Positions 18,578 to 28,154 of a stretch of 64,000 nucleotides of DNA are shown piece by piece (position 1 is the first letter of the stretch; the number at the start of each line of letters is the position of its first letter). Source of the DNA: Bacteroidales bacterium. GTDB lineage: Bacteria > Bacteroidota > Bacteroidia > Bacteroidales > ML635J-15. The notes beneath the pieces are model-generated. The model saw only the letters and a list, made by a program, of their open reading frames with translations. It did no database searches and was not told the origin of the DNA. The DNA is taken from positions 146,530 to 210,529 of the forward strand of contig JAFZRE010000033.1 in assembly GCA_017620015.1 (NCBI GenBank). The letters are read 5' to 3'. Both the position numbers and the translations under genes were made by a program.

Positions 18578-20665
18578 ATGATTGACCGCAATACCATAGA
18601 CCGAATAATGGATGCCGCTGACATTGTGGAGGTTGTACAGGATTTTGTCAGCCTCAAGAAACGCGGTGTAAACTATTTTGGTTGCTGTCCGTTCCACAAC
18701 GAGAAGACACCTTCGTTCATCGTAAGTCCGTCGAAAGGCATATACAAATGTTTCGGTTGCGGAAAAGCAGGAAATGCAGTAGGTTTTGTGATGGAACACG
18801 AACAGATGACCTACCCCGAAGCATTGAAATACATCGCACGGAAATACAACATAGAAATTGTCGAAAAGGAACTTACGCCCGAAGAGCAACAGCAGAACGA
18901 CGACCGTGAAAGTATGCGCATACTCAACGAGTTTGCTGCCAAATACTTCCAAAATAATCTTTTGAATAACCCCGAAGGCATCATCGGACTGGCATATTTT
19001 CGCGAACGCGGATTCACCGACGAAGCCATAAAGACTTTCGGTCTTGGCTACAGCCTTCCGAACAGCACGGCATTCACCGACGAGGCTTTGAAGAGCGGCT
19101 ACAAGCTCGACTTTATGGTTCGCAACGGACTTACAAAGGTGGACGAGAAAACGCAGAGGAAATACGACTTCTTCATAGGACGCGTAATGTTCCCGTTTTA
19201 CAGCATCTCGGGACAAGTAATAGGTTTCGGAGGACGAGTTCTAGACGCACGAACAAAAGGTGTAAACATTAAATACCTTAATTCTCCGGAATCGGAAATT
19301 TATGACAAACGGAAAACCTTATACGGCATATATCAGGCACGTGGCGAGATTGTCAGACAGAAAAAATGCTATTTGGTGGAAGGCTATACCGATGTAATAT
19401 CGATGTATATGGCGGGAGTCAAAAACGTGGTGGCATCGTCTGGAACATCGCTTACCGAAGAACAAATCCGCATAATCCACAAGCTTACCGATGACATAAC
19501 CGTGCTTTACGATGGTGACAGCGCCGGAATACACGCGTCGTTACGAGGCATTGATATGATTCTGGCCCAAGGACTTAACGTTAGAGTTGTCCTATTCCCG
19601 GACGATGAAGACCCCGATTCGTTTGCAAGAAAAAACGGAAGCGAAAAGACTATAGAATATCTAAACACGCACGAGGAAGATTTCATCAGCTTCAAGTCGC
19701 GCATATCGAAGCAGGAAGCCGACAAGGACCCGCTGAAACGCGCAGCAATGATAACCGACATCGTAAAGACAATTTCTGTTATCGACGACCAGATAAAGCA
19801 GACCGTTTATCTTCAGGAATGCAGCAAAATCCTTGAAATAGACGAGAATACGCTTTACTCCGAACTGATGAAGTTCCGTCGCAAGAAAATCAACGACGGC
19901 AAATCGCCCACAGGATACGGACAACTGCAAAAGCCAGAGCCACAACTTCCTAAACAACAAGAAATTCCCAAAGCTACTGGCAACAAGGAAATTGGATATC
20001 TGTCGAAGGAACGTGAAATAATACGCCTATTGCTTCTCTACGGGAACGAAAACATAGCCAACCCTTTCGACAGCAACAAGGAAAACCCGCAGATGCTAAA
20101 AGTTTCGGAACTGATGGTTGGGCTAATGCTCAAGGACAACGTCACACAACTTCGAAACAAAATCAACCAGCAGATTTTTGCCGAAATAAGCGATGCCGTA
20201 TGCAACGGACGTGAAATCAGCGACAAGGAGTTCATCAACAGTCCAGACCCAGCCATAAGCAGTGTGGCCGCCGATGCCTGCGCATCATCGTACGAACTCA
20301 GCAAAATGTGGACAAAACATGGTTCCCTATACTACAAGGAAGAATACAGGCTCACAGAAATTATCCTTGACGTTTACAACAAATATCTCACAGAAATCCG
20401 CAAAGACGAAAAGAAGAAACTTTCGGCAGAATTGAAGTCGCAGATGGAAAATAGCGTAAAGTTGCAGACTCAATTGGCAAATTTGGAAACAGAATACAAC
20501 ACAAGCGACGAACCGAAAAAAGCAGAACTTGACGGAGAACTTGCCAGTCTGCGCGAAGAAACAGAAAAATGCAAAGAAACGACAGTTGGAATCTTAAGCA
20601 GAATAAACCAACTGACACAGGAAATAAAGGAACTTTCGCTAAAACAAGGACGGGTAACAATATGA
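18578..20665 (+). CDS. dnaG: DNA primase DnaG
   Basis: Start refined to 18578. CHC2 zinc finger CCPFHNEKTPSF..CFGCG, TOPRIM EGYTDV...DGDSAG, K/E-rich coiled-coil tail. Confidence 0.9.
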   Translation: MIDRNTIDRIMDAADIVEVVQDFVSLKKRGVNYFGCCPFHNEKTPSFIVSPSKGIYKCFGCGKAGNAVGFVMEHEQMTYPEALKYIARKYNIEIVEKELTPEEQQQNDDRESMRILNEFAAKYFQNNLLNNPEGIIGLAYFRERGFTDEAIKTFGLGYSLPNSTAFTDEALKSGYKLDFMVRNGLTKVDEKTQRKYDFFIGRVMFPFYSISGQVIGFGGRVLDARTKGVNIKYLNSPESEIYDKRKTLYGIYQARGEIVRQKKCYLVEGYTDVISMYMAGVKNVVASSGTSLTEEQIRIIHKLTDDITVLYDGDSAGIHASLRGIDMILAQGLNVRVVLFPDDEDPDSFARKNGSEKTIEYLNTHEEDFISFKSRISKQEADKDPLKRAAMITDIVKTISVIDDQIKQTVYLQECSKILEIDENTLYSELMKFRRKKINDGKSPTGYGQLQKPEPQLPKQQEIPKATGNKEIGYLSKEREIIRLLLLYGNENIANPFDSNKENPQMLKVSELMVGLMLKDNVTQLRNKINQQIFAEISDAVCNGREISDKEFINSPDPAISSVAADACASSYELSKMWTKHGSLYYKEEYRLTEIILDVYNKYLTEIRKDEKKKLSAELKSQMENSVKLQTQLANLETEYNTSDEPKKAELDGELASLREETEKCKETTVGILSRINQLTQEIKELSLKQGRVTI

Positions 20666-21477
20666 TAGACAAGACAATCGGTTTTCCAAACGCAAAAATA
20701 AACATCGGACTCGACATCGTTCGCCGACGCGCCGACGGATACCACGACATCAGCACCTTATTCTACCCCATCAACATTACCGATGCAATGGAAATTATGC
20801 CGAGCGACAAGTTTATCTTCGACAACCGCGGCATAAAAATCGACTGCGAAATCGAGAAAAACCTTTGCTACAAGGCGTACAAGATGCTAAAAGACGACTT
20901 CGACCTACCACCCGTCAAGTTTGTGCTGTACAAGCATATACCTTTCGGGAGCGGACTTGGTGCAGGGTCGTCGGATGCGGCATTTACGATCAAAATGCTC
21001 AACGATATGTTTTCGCTGAAACTATCAGTAAAACAAATGTCTGCATACGCATCGCGACTTGGTGCCGATTGTGCATTTTTCATCCACAACCGCCCTATGC
21101 TTGCAGAAGGAACGGGAAACATACTCCACGAAGCAGAACTGAACCTGTCGGGAAAAACTCTTGTCCTTGTTTTGCCGCCAATTTCGGTAAATACGGCAAA
21201 GGCATACTCTCAGTGCAAACCAGCCGAACCACAATACAAACTCGAAGATTCCATAAAGTTACCTATCGAACAATGGAAAGACCGCATAAAGAACGACTTC
21301 GAGCCGACAGTTTTTGCCGAAAATCCACTCCTTGCCGAAATAAAACAAAAACTTTACGAAAGCGATGCAATCTTCGCACAAATGTCGGGGTCTGGCTCAA
21401 CAATGTACGGCATTTTCGACACTAAACCGCAACTGGATTTAACTGGCTGCAAAACAGAATTTATTGAATTGCAATGA
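20662..21477 (+). CDS. ispE: 4-diphosphocytidyl-2-C-methyl-D-erythritol kinase
   Basis: ATG 20662 overlaps the dnaG stop (ATGA). PNAKINIGLDIV and the GHMP motif PFGSGLGAGSSDAA. Confidence 0.9.
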   Translation: MIDKTIGFPNAKINIGLDIVRRRADGYHDISTLFYPINITDAMEIMPSDKFIFDNRGIKIDCEIEKNLCYKAYKMLKDDFDLPPVKFVLYKHIPFGSGLGAGSSDAAFTIKMLNDMFSLKLSVKQMSAYASRLGADCAFFIHNRPMLAEGTGNILHEAELNLSGKTLVLVLPPISVNTAKAYSQCKPAEPQYKLEDSIKLPIEQWKDRIKNDFEPTVFAENPLLAEIKQKLYESDAIFAQMSGSGSTMYGIFDTKPQLDLTGCKTEFIELQ

Positions 21478-22232
21478 GAAAAGTAGTAACCACTATTATC
21501 GTAATTTTTTCCACACTTTTGTCGCTTTATTCGCAACAGACTTACGACACTACAGGCAATGCAGAATACTACAGCAAATTTGCATTCTGTTCATTTTCAA
21601 ACGAAAGCATAACACTTCCATATCGCGAAGCCTCCCTTTGCCAAAACGGAAGCGGGCAGTCGGCATTGGTGATTTTCCTGCACGGCGGTTCTCACCGTGG
21701 CGACGATAACAAGTCGCAGATTCGTGGCACGGCAATACGTGCCATTGTCAACTATCTGGAAAATAGCAACATAAAATCCATTGTAGTTGCTCCACAATGC
21801 GACAAAGACCACTTTTGGCACGACTACGACGGAAAAGTCAGCACAGCACTCAAACAACTGATTGACAAACTTATGGCCGACAATAGCGACATCGACAGCA
21901 AACGCATTTACATCTTCGGTTATTCGAGCGGTGGCGCGGGCGTTTGGCGCATGATTTCCGACTATCCCGACACTTTTGCCGCAGCAATGGCGGTTGCCTC
22001 GTATCCACGCAACGCGTATCCGAAAAACATTGCCCAGACTGCTTTGTGCTGCGTTATGGCAGGAAAGGACGACAAAGCAAAAGTTTCGTTGGTAAAGCCG
22101 ACAATCAAGGAGACACAGAAATATGGCGGAACAATAAATTTCATTGTCGAAAAGGATTGCGACCATATTTCGGTATGCCCTATTGCATTCAGCGACAACA
22201 ATTTGAAATGGGTATTTGACAAACGAAAATAG
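21474..22232 (+). CDS. Secreted alpha/beta-hydrolase (esterase family)
   Basis: Signal peptide. LVIFLHGGSHRG and nucleophile elbow FGYSSGG. Overlaps the ispE stop by 4 nt. Confidence 0.7.
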   Translation: MRKVVTTIIVIFSTLLSLYSQQTYDTTGNAEYYSKFAFCSFSNESITLPYREASLCQNGSGQSALVIFLHGGSHRGDDNKSQIRGTAIRAIVNYLENSNIKSIVVAPQCDKDHFWHDYDGKVSTALKQLIDKLMADNSDIDSKRIYIFGYSSGGAGVWRMISDYPDTFAAAMAVASYPRNAYPKNIAQTALCCVMAGKDDKAKVSLVKPTIKETQKYGGTINFIVEKDCDHISVCPIAFSDNNLKWVFDKRK

Positions 22233-22255
22233 TATAAACATAAAATAAATAAGGT

Positions 22256-22567
22256 ATGATTTTAGCAAGCATTGACACAATTCCGGGAAAAAACTTTGAA
22301 GTTTTAGGAATCGTAAAGGGAACAGTAGTACAATCAAAGCACATCGGACGCGACATTTTGGCTGGTTTGAAGACCATAGTCGGCGGTGAAATACAAGGTT
22401 ACACAGATATGCTCAACGAAGCACGCAGCATTGCAACAGAACGCATGACAAAGGAAGCAGAATCTCTTGGCGCTGAAGCTGTTATCGGAATGCGTTATTG
22501 CACCTCGGCAGTTATGGAAGGCGCAGCCGAAATAGTTGCCTACGGAACAGCAGTGAAGTTCGTTTAG
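22256..22567 (+). CDS. YbjQ/UPF0145 family protein
   Basis: 103 aa, end-to-end typical YbjQ sequence (GIVKGTVVQSKHIGRDILAGLK..GGE...Y). Confidence 0.85.
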   Translation: MILASIDTIPGKNFEVLGIVKGTVVQSKHIGRDILAGLKTIVGGEIQGYTDMLNEARSIATERMTKEAESLGAEAVIGMRYCTSAVMEGAAEIVAYGTAVKFV

Positions 22568-22860
22568 GCTGACGCCGTTAAAAAGTTTCTATGTTTGAAT
22601 GCCTACGGCGTTTGAATGGCTGACGCCGTTTCTAGGTTTGGGGCTTGCAGGCTTAAAGTCTAACAGGCTGACAGGCTCGCAGTCTTGCAGTCTTACAGAC
22701 AGACTGGTCTTCTGTTAGACTTTTAGCCCTTTAAACCATTAGGCTAACGCCGTTTCTATGCATCTAGCTCCCTGAGCCTGTCGAAGGGGCGGTCTATATG
22801 ACTGATGCCGGTTGAGAGTTTATAGGTTTGAATGGCTTCGCCGTTTATAATTGTTTCTTG
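22568..22860 (+). repeat. Array of degenerate GC-rich intergenic repeats (ggctNacgccgtt units plus a long nested hairpin)
   Basis: ggctgacgccgtt x2, ggctaacgccgtt, ggcttcgccgtt and gcctacggcgtt. ggcttaaagtctaacag...ctgttagacttttagcc and cagtct...agactg are inverted repeats. cctgagcctgtcgaagggg lies at 22771-22789. Confidence 0.6.
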
Positions 22861-22886
22861 GGTTCAAATCTCACAGGATAGCAAGA

Positions 22887-23384
22887 CTATATTTTCTCTA
22901 CTTCTTCCACAGATAGTCCAGTGTACTTCGAGATTAACGATGCATCCATCCCATCGTTTTTCATTCTGCGGGCAATTTCGGTGTTTGTAGCATCATTCTG
23001 AGCAATGCCTGTGTCTTCCGTTGCCACCCATTCGTTCCAATTCGTTTCGGCAAGGTACTTTTCAACCTGCTTACGAAGCTCAGGAATACTATTGACAGCG
23101 GTATCGTAGAGAGTCTCAGAAACAACGTTCGCATAATCGTGAACCAATACATGACGCATTCCCTGTTCAATTTTCCATGGTGTTTCAGGATGAGCATCCT
23201 TGAATGCTTTAGAAAGCATATACGCAGCTTCACCAACAATCTCCACATTCTTCATCACTGAATAATATGTTCGCTTGTCGGAAACAAGACTTTCAAAGGA
23301 ATAACCATCAATCAGCATTGTGACATTGTTTGAATATTCGATTATGTCTTGCAATCTGCCTTTATCTCTAGCTCTTTCTCTCAT
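22887..23384 (-). CDS. hepT: HepT-like (DUF86) toxin of a type VII TA pair, with extra C-terminal tail
   Basis: Rx4HxY motif RHVLVHDY. Overlaps the upstream MNT gene by 17 nt. ~45 aa C-terminal extension. Confidence 0.85.
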   Translation of the reverse strand: MRERARDKGRLQDIIEYSNNVTMLIDGYSFESLVSDKRTYYSVMKNVEIVGEAAYMLSKAFKDAHPETPWKIEQGMRHVLVHDYANVVSETLYDTAVNSIPELRKQVEKYLAETNWNEWVATEDTGIAQNDATNTEIARRMKNDGMDASLISKYTGLSVEEVEKI

Positions 23385-23670
23385 AAATCAGTTTTTTATC
23401 ACGATTTGCAGTTTCGGCTGCGTATGGGCGCAAAGAACCATCTTCAACCAAATCAACTTCACGGCCGAGCAATTCTTTCAAGTCCATATACATTCCTCCC
23501 ATTGTAAAAAGGGTAAACGGCTTTCCGGAACGGTCGGGAACAAACAATATATCCACATCGCTTTGCGGAGTTTCCTCTCCCCGTGCATACGAGCCAAAAA
23601 GCCATGCCTTCAAGACTGGTTGAGTCTTGAAATATTCTGCAATAATCTCCTGCATAGCTTGTGTTGTCAT
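23368..23670 (-). CDS. mntA: MNT-type nucleotidyltransferase antitoxin
   Basis: LFGSYARGEETPQSDVDILF (GSx10-11DxD nucleotidyltransferase motif), 100 aa. Confidence 0.85.
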   Translation of the reverse strand: MTTQAMQEIIAEYFKTQPVLKAWLFGSYARGEETPQSDVDILFVPDRSGKPFTLFTMGGMYMDLKELLGREVDLVEDGSLRPYAAETANRDKKLIYERKS

Positions 23671-23821
23671 AACATTTCAATTTTCAACAAAATTACTACT
23701 TATTTTTTATATGCAAAATATTTTGGCGGATTTTGTGGAAACCGCCAAAAATTCACACAAAAACCACAAGATTTTAAAAGCAAGCCAAATAGATTACAAT
23801 CAAGTACTTACCCATTCCAAT

Positions 23822-23905
23822 TTGGCAATTTGAGGCAATTTTACTTGGCAATTTGAGGCAATTTCGCTTGGCAATATGAGGGACTTTCGCTTGGCAATTT
23901 GAGGA
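23822..23905 (+). repeat. 23-bp tandem repeat, ~3.6 copies
   Basis: ttggcaatttgaggcaattttac (23822-23844), ttggcaatttgaggcaatttcgc (23845-23867), ttggcaatatgagggactttcgc (23868-23890), partial ttggcaatttgagga (23891-23905). Confidence 0.9.
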
Positions 23906-23984
23906 TAGAATATGCGTAAGGTGAAGAATTGTGAAATACTTTGCCTTACGCATTAAGGACTGGCACTATTGACGTCTCTAATTC

Positions 23985-26012
23985 TTATACTTTTAAGCCA
24001 TCAATAAATGTCTTTTTGTCTATAGTTGTTTCAATACCTTTTTCAAACTTGGTTATTTTCCAAGTATTACCATCTAATATAGGTAAATAGAAAATGTGCG
24101 TTGTTTTTTGAGAACAAGCCTTATAGCATTCTTTCAAATTAAGAACCTTTGTATCGTATTCCTCTTCGCTTATATTTAGCGATGATGATTTATTCACGCT
24201 TTTCACCTCGAAAATATGAATTCTGCCTTTTTTGTCTTTCATAACAAAATCTGGATACGAGGAATGTATGCCATCGGAGAAATACTCATATTTTATTTCG
24301 GAATTTAATGGGAAATTCTTGCCCCAGAGAAATTTGTTGTCTTGCAAAAGACTAGTCTGCTTAATACTGCTTTGTCGAATATCCTTCAGCACTTCCGCCC
24401 ATTTCTTTTCCGCTTCACTGTCGAAAGAGAATTCATCCGAAATTTCATCGTTCTCTTTTCTATACCAAACCCAATCGTCGAGAGTGAGCGTTTTTTGTGT
24501 TTCGTTGTAGCAACTGCCATACGGAAAACTTACAGGCTCGCATACCACCATACTATTTTTATAATCAGTAATGTATGAATGATATTTCTTCTTTATTTCG
24601 CCAACATTATCTACAAACAAACGCCATTTCTCGTATGTGTCGGAATAATTGTAACACATATCCACGATTTCGTTCTCACACTGCAAAAGATTACGATACA
24701 TTTCAAAGATATTACCGCCCGTTAGCTTTTGTTTTTTTGCATCAAGTATAGAAGTTACATCAATATCGTTGCTGGCAGTTTCAACCTTCAGTTTTGTGGG
24801 GGTTACACGTATTTCTTTTTCAATATCATAATTGCTAAACAAGTTGACTTGCCTTGGCATTTCTGCATCTTTGGGTTTTATCCCCCATATCCAAGCAGTG
24901 GAAGCCAAGTTCTGTGCATCTTTTGGCAATTTCTCAAAGTCCAAAAGCCGTGGATTACGGCGAACACGTCCCATCACCTGCTCGTCAAGTTGTTTGCTTT
25001 GCGTATCGCGCACCTGAAAGAGCATACAAGCGCGGGGAATATCCCATCCTTCGGAAATAACCATCTTGAAAATGATAACATGGATGCTTGACTCCCGAGG
25101 TTTCATATACTCTTTCCATTTAGAAACAGGAAGTTTGTTCAACCCAGAATCGTTGGTTTTACAACCTTTGCCCGATTGGTCGCCAGTAATGTAAACCCAT
25201 TTCAAGTCTTGATGTTTAGTGTTTGCCAATGCTGGGAATATGGTATTTTTTAATTCTTCCTCGGCTTTATCCTTATTTGAAATCTGAACAATGAAACAAG
25301 GATTCACTTGCAGTTTATTTACATATTCTTTTCTAATTTCCTCAAATTTGTCAAGAGCCGTATCAAGCGAATCGTCTTCAGGCTGAAATTCCACCTGTTT
25401 TATAAGCTTGGCATTTTCGGCATTTATGTTTGATATTTCCACATCGGGCAACTGCTTGCGAGATAGTTTTGGAGTCGCCGAAAAATTGATAACTACGGAG
25501 AAGTAAATACCCAACTCATCGAGATTTTTTGTGGCAATGTGGCACTCGTCTTTTATCACATAAATGATTTTTCCTGCCGTGCCTTTTTGCAAATCGCCGG
25601 TTGTTTCTGACAAGAAATTTAGAAATGAACCCTCATCCTTCAGCTTGCTCTTTTCTTTGTACAAGTCGCGTGGCAACACATATACATTATGGTCTGTTGG
25701 AATGAATATGGAACTTTCGCCACTTGTTTCTGAGTTTATCAAATACGGATTTAGATTAGTAAATGTTCCATTGTCGCACAAGGCGCAAAATGATTTGTAG
25801 TTCTGCTCCGCCAAGTCACTCTTCGAAAGCGAAGAAACAAGAAAAATGATATTGCTGTTAGTGGCAAGAATACGATTCATAAAATCAGCCATCATATAGG
25901 TTTTGCCACTACCTGTTGGTGCTTTTACCGTGTATTCCTTTTTGCCACGCGCGAGCATTGCAACCATTTGCGAAACTGCCCGATTCTGTAAGTCTTTTGC
26001 TTCTTGCAACAT
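23985..26012 (-). CDS. res: Type III restriction enzyme, Res subunit (SF2 helicase plus PD-(D/E)xK nuclease)
   Basis: APTGSGKT, DECH, FSATP, QVMGRVRR. C-terminal YPDFV...IFEVKS. The start lies 2 nt after the mod stop. Confidence 0.85.
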   Translation of the reverse strand: MLQEAKDLQNRAVSQMVAMLARGKKEYTVKAPTGSGKTYMMADFMNRILATNSNIIFLVSSLSKSDLAEQNYKSFCALCDNGTFTNLNPYLINSETSGESSIFIPTDHNVYVLPRDLYKEKSKLKDEGSFLNFLSETTGDLQKGTAGKIIYVIKDECHIATKNLDELGIYFSVVINFSATPKLSRKQLPDVEISNINAENAKLIKQVEFQPEDDSLDTALDKFEEIRKEYVNKLQVNPCFIVQISNKDKAEEELKNTIFPALANTKHQDLKWVYITGDQSGKGCKTNDSGLNKLPVSKWKEYMKPRESSIHVIIFKMVISEGWDIPRACMLFQVRDTQSKQLDEQVMGRVRRNPRLLDFEKLPKDAQNLASTAWIWGIKPKDAEMPRQVNLFSNYDIEKEIRVTPTKLKVETASNDIDVTSILDAKKQKLTGGNIFEMYRNLLQCENEIVDMCYNYSDTYEKWRLFVDNVGEIKKKYHSYITDYKNSMVVCEPVSFPYGSCYNETQKTLTLDDWVWYRKENDEISDEFSFDSEAEKKWAEVLKDIRQSSIKQTSLLQDNKFLWGKNFPLNSEIKYEYFSDGIHSSYPDFVMKDKKGRIHIFEVKSVNKSSSLNISEEEYDTKVLNLKECYKACSQKTTHIFYLPILDGNTWKITKFEKGIETTIDKKTFIDGLKV

Positions 26013-26014
26013 GG

Positions 26015-27667
26015 CTAATCCTCCTGTTTTACTTGTTCCAAATACTTCTGCGTTTTGTCAAAGTTGCTACAAACCCACTCTATTTTCTCTTTAATTGTTG
26101 CAAATTTTTCTTTGCCATAGAGAGTTTCATCTATCACATCGAATGGTGTTTTACCGTTTGTCCATTCGAAATTAGAAACGCCCACTATTTCATACACATC
26201 AAGGTTGCCTCCATATGGCTTGTTTTTCTTTATCCACTCGAAATTATTGCTACCATCGTAACATTCGCCAGTCATAATGCGCTTTAGTCGCTTTGTGGTA
26301 ACATCGTATGCAATGCCGTTAGGTGTTGTATCTGTCTTTTCGTTAAGCTGACAAAGGATGAACGTGCGGTTGCCTTCTGGTGTTTTATCGTTGAGCAAAT
26401 CGCCTTCTTTTGCCTCGCTACGGTTCAAGTCAAGAACAGCGTGTCCTGTGGTACCACTGCCAGCAAAAAAGTCAAGAATAATAGGAGAATACTTGTTTAC
26501 TGATTTTATGAGATATGATATTAACTCTATTGGCTTAGGATTTTTGAATATATTTTTTCCGATAATGTCTTTTATATCCTCTGTGCCTTCTCCGTTTAAA
26601 ATTCCTGTTATCAAGTTTTTAAATGGAGCAGAACGTTTTATTGGATTGTTTTCATTATCAACATAAAGATAATTCTTATAACAAACAGACCAGCCGCAAG
26701 GTTTGTCTTTCGATTTTCGAAACTCAATAAATCCATTTTCAATACCCCATTTTACTTTTTCTTTGCTCCATTTCCAAATCCAACCATCGTTTTCATATTT
26801 GGTTCTTCCATTTGGAAAAGCAATTTTACCATCAGGACATTCAATCCCATAATTCATAGAGTCGCTATAATTAAGCCCTCCTCTATCCAAATTATCAGGA
26901 TAATAATTTCCCCTTTCATCTTTGTATTCATCAGTAAAGCGATAGCGTTTAGTATCAAATGATTCATAATTTTGCGTGAAAATATCATTCCAATTTGATG
27001 GATCTTCATTGTTACAATATACAAGGATATATTCAGTTATTACAGCTATACCTTTTGCATCTGAAGCTCCTGTTTTCTTATGCCAGATATAATTACATAC
27101 GAATCTATTTTCACCAAACACTTCATCGAATAAGCAACGAACATAAGAAAAATTTCTGTCATCTATCGAGCAAAAAATCACTCCGCTATCAGATAGCAAT
27201 TGTTTTGCGAGTACCAAGCGCGGATAAAGCATAGAGAGCAGATTGTCTCGTGTAATTGCATTCTGGTAGTTGGTTTTGGCAAATTCGCCCATACTGTCTT
27301 TTCCGTATGGCGGGTCAATATAAATGACATCAATCTTGCCACGATATTGAATCAGAAGGTTTTGCAAGGCTTCGTAGTTGTCACCAATAATCAGTTTGTG
27401 CGTGGGCTTGTTGTCGTCGGTATGGAACGAAAGTTTTTCATTCTTTTTGAAATACTTAATTGTATCACTCATCTTTTCTAACCTCTTGTCGAAATGCAGT
27501 CCGGTACGTTTGTAAGTTGTGCCGAGAGCAGCAATGTTTATGGCTTCATCAAGCGAATCTGCGTTTTTTATAAGTTTGATGAGCAAATCGGCATTGCTTT
27601 GCTCAAGTATTTTGTCCGAGACACGTTTTTCGATTTCGGCAATTAATGATTCTTTGGTTGCATTCAT
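26015..27667 (-). CDS. mod: Type III R-M DNA methyltransferase (Mod, beta-class amino-methyltransferase)
   Basis: Start refined to 27667 (MNATKESLI). DVIYIDPPYG precedes FFAGSGTTGHA. Confidence 0.9.
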   Translation of the reverse strand: MNATKESLIAEIEKRVSDKILEQSNADLLIKLIKNADSLDEAINIAALGTTYKRTGLHFDKRLEKMSDTIKYFKKNEKLSFHTDDNKPTHKLIIGDNYEALQNLLIQYRGKIDVIYIDPPYGKDSMGEFAKTNYQNAITRDNLLSMLYPRLVLAKQLLSDSGVIFCSIDDRNFSYVRCLFDEVFGENRFVCNYIWHKKTGASDAKGIAVITEYILVYCNNEDPSNWNDIFTQNYESFDTKRYRFTDEYKDERGNYYPDNLDRGGLNYSDSMNYGIECPDGKIAFPNGRTKYENDGWIWKWSKEKVKWGIENGFIEFRKSKDKPCGWSVCYKNYLYVDNENNPIKRSAPFKNLITGILNGEGTEDIKDIIGKNIFKNPKPIELISYLIKSVNKYSPIILDFFAGSGTTGHAVLDLNRSEAKEGDLLNDKTPEGNRTFILCQLNEKTDTTPNGIAYDVTTKRLKRIMTGECYDGSNNFEWIKKNKPYGGNLDVYEIVGVSNFEWTNGKTPFDVIDETLYGKEKFATIKEKIEWVCSNFDKTQKYLEQVKQED

Positions 27668-27788
27668 TATTCCGTGCGGTTTTGTATAGCGGTTGGAACT
27701 TTTTCGGCGACAACAGGCTGACAATACCATCGAAAACAAAAACGGCATGAACTTCCGTTATTGCTTTCCGAGGTATTTGCCGTCACCT

Positions 27789-27850
27789 GTTCCATCAATA
27801 AGTTCCGTCTATGCCGTAGCACGGACGTCTGAACTTATTCTGTATGGAAC
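27789..27850. other. 62-nt imperfect hairpin upstream of mod
   Basis: gttccat/atggaac, aataagttc/gaacttatt, cgtc/gacg and ccgt/acgg are nested stems around the loop agc. Confidence 0.6.
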
Positions 27851-28154
27851 TTCTTCTAATCGGCAAATTTTCGGAAAGTCTCGAATAAATAGCAAACGCT
27901 ATGATTAATAATATGTTACTTCAATCAACTATGTTTCATTAAGTTTAATATTTTCGTTTTTATTCTTCGCAAAAGTACACAAATTTTCGACACAATATAT
28001 ACCGTAAATTCATATTGCCAAAAAATGGGTCAATTGCATCAATTGTGATATTGAAACCACAAATTATTGAGCATCTTTAGCCATTTGAAAATCATAAAGC
28101 ACAAAACACTAGCATACAACAATATACGATTCATATTTTGAAAATATACTGCAC

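Noticed and set aside
22858-22886. tRNA-like T-arm (ttggGTTCAAATCtcac) at the left edge of the island, as a possible att-site remnant.
   Set aside because: Only a 4/5-bp T-stem and loop are present. No matching 5' acceptor strand lies upstream and no direct repeat of it lies at the right edge of the island. It could be chance.
23912-23953. The hairpin atgcgtaagg...ccttacgcat as the intrinsic terminator of mod-res.
   Set aside because: It has a 10-bp stem but a 22-nt loop and no U-tract on the minus strand. Kept only as a remark, not annotated as a terminator.
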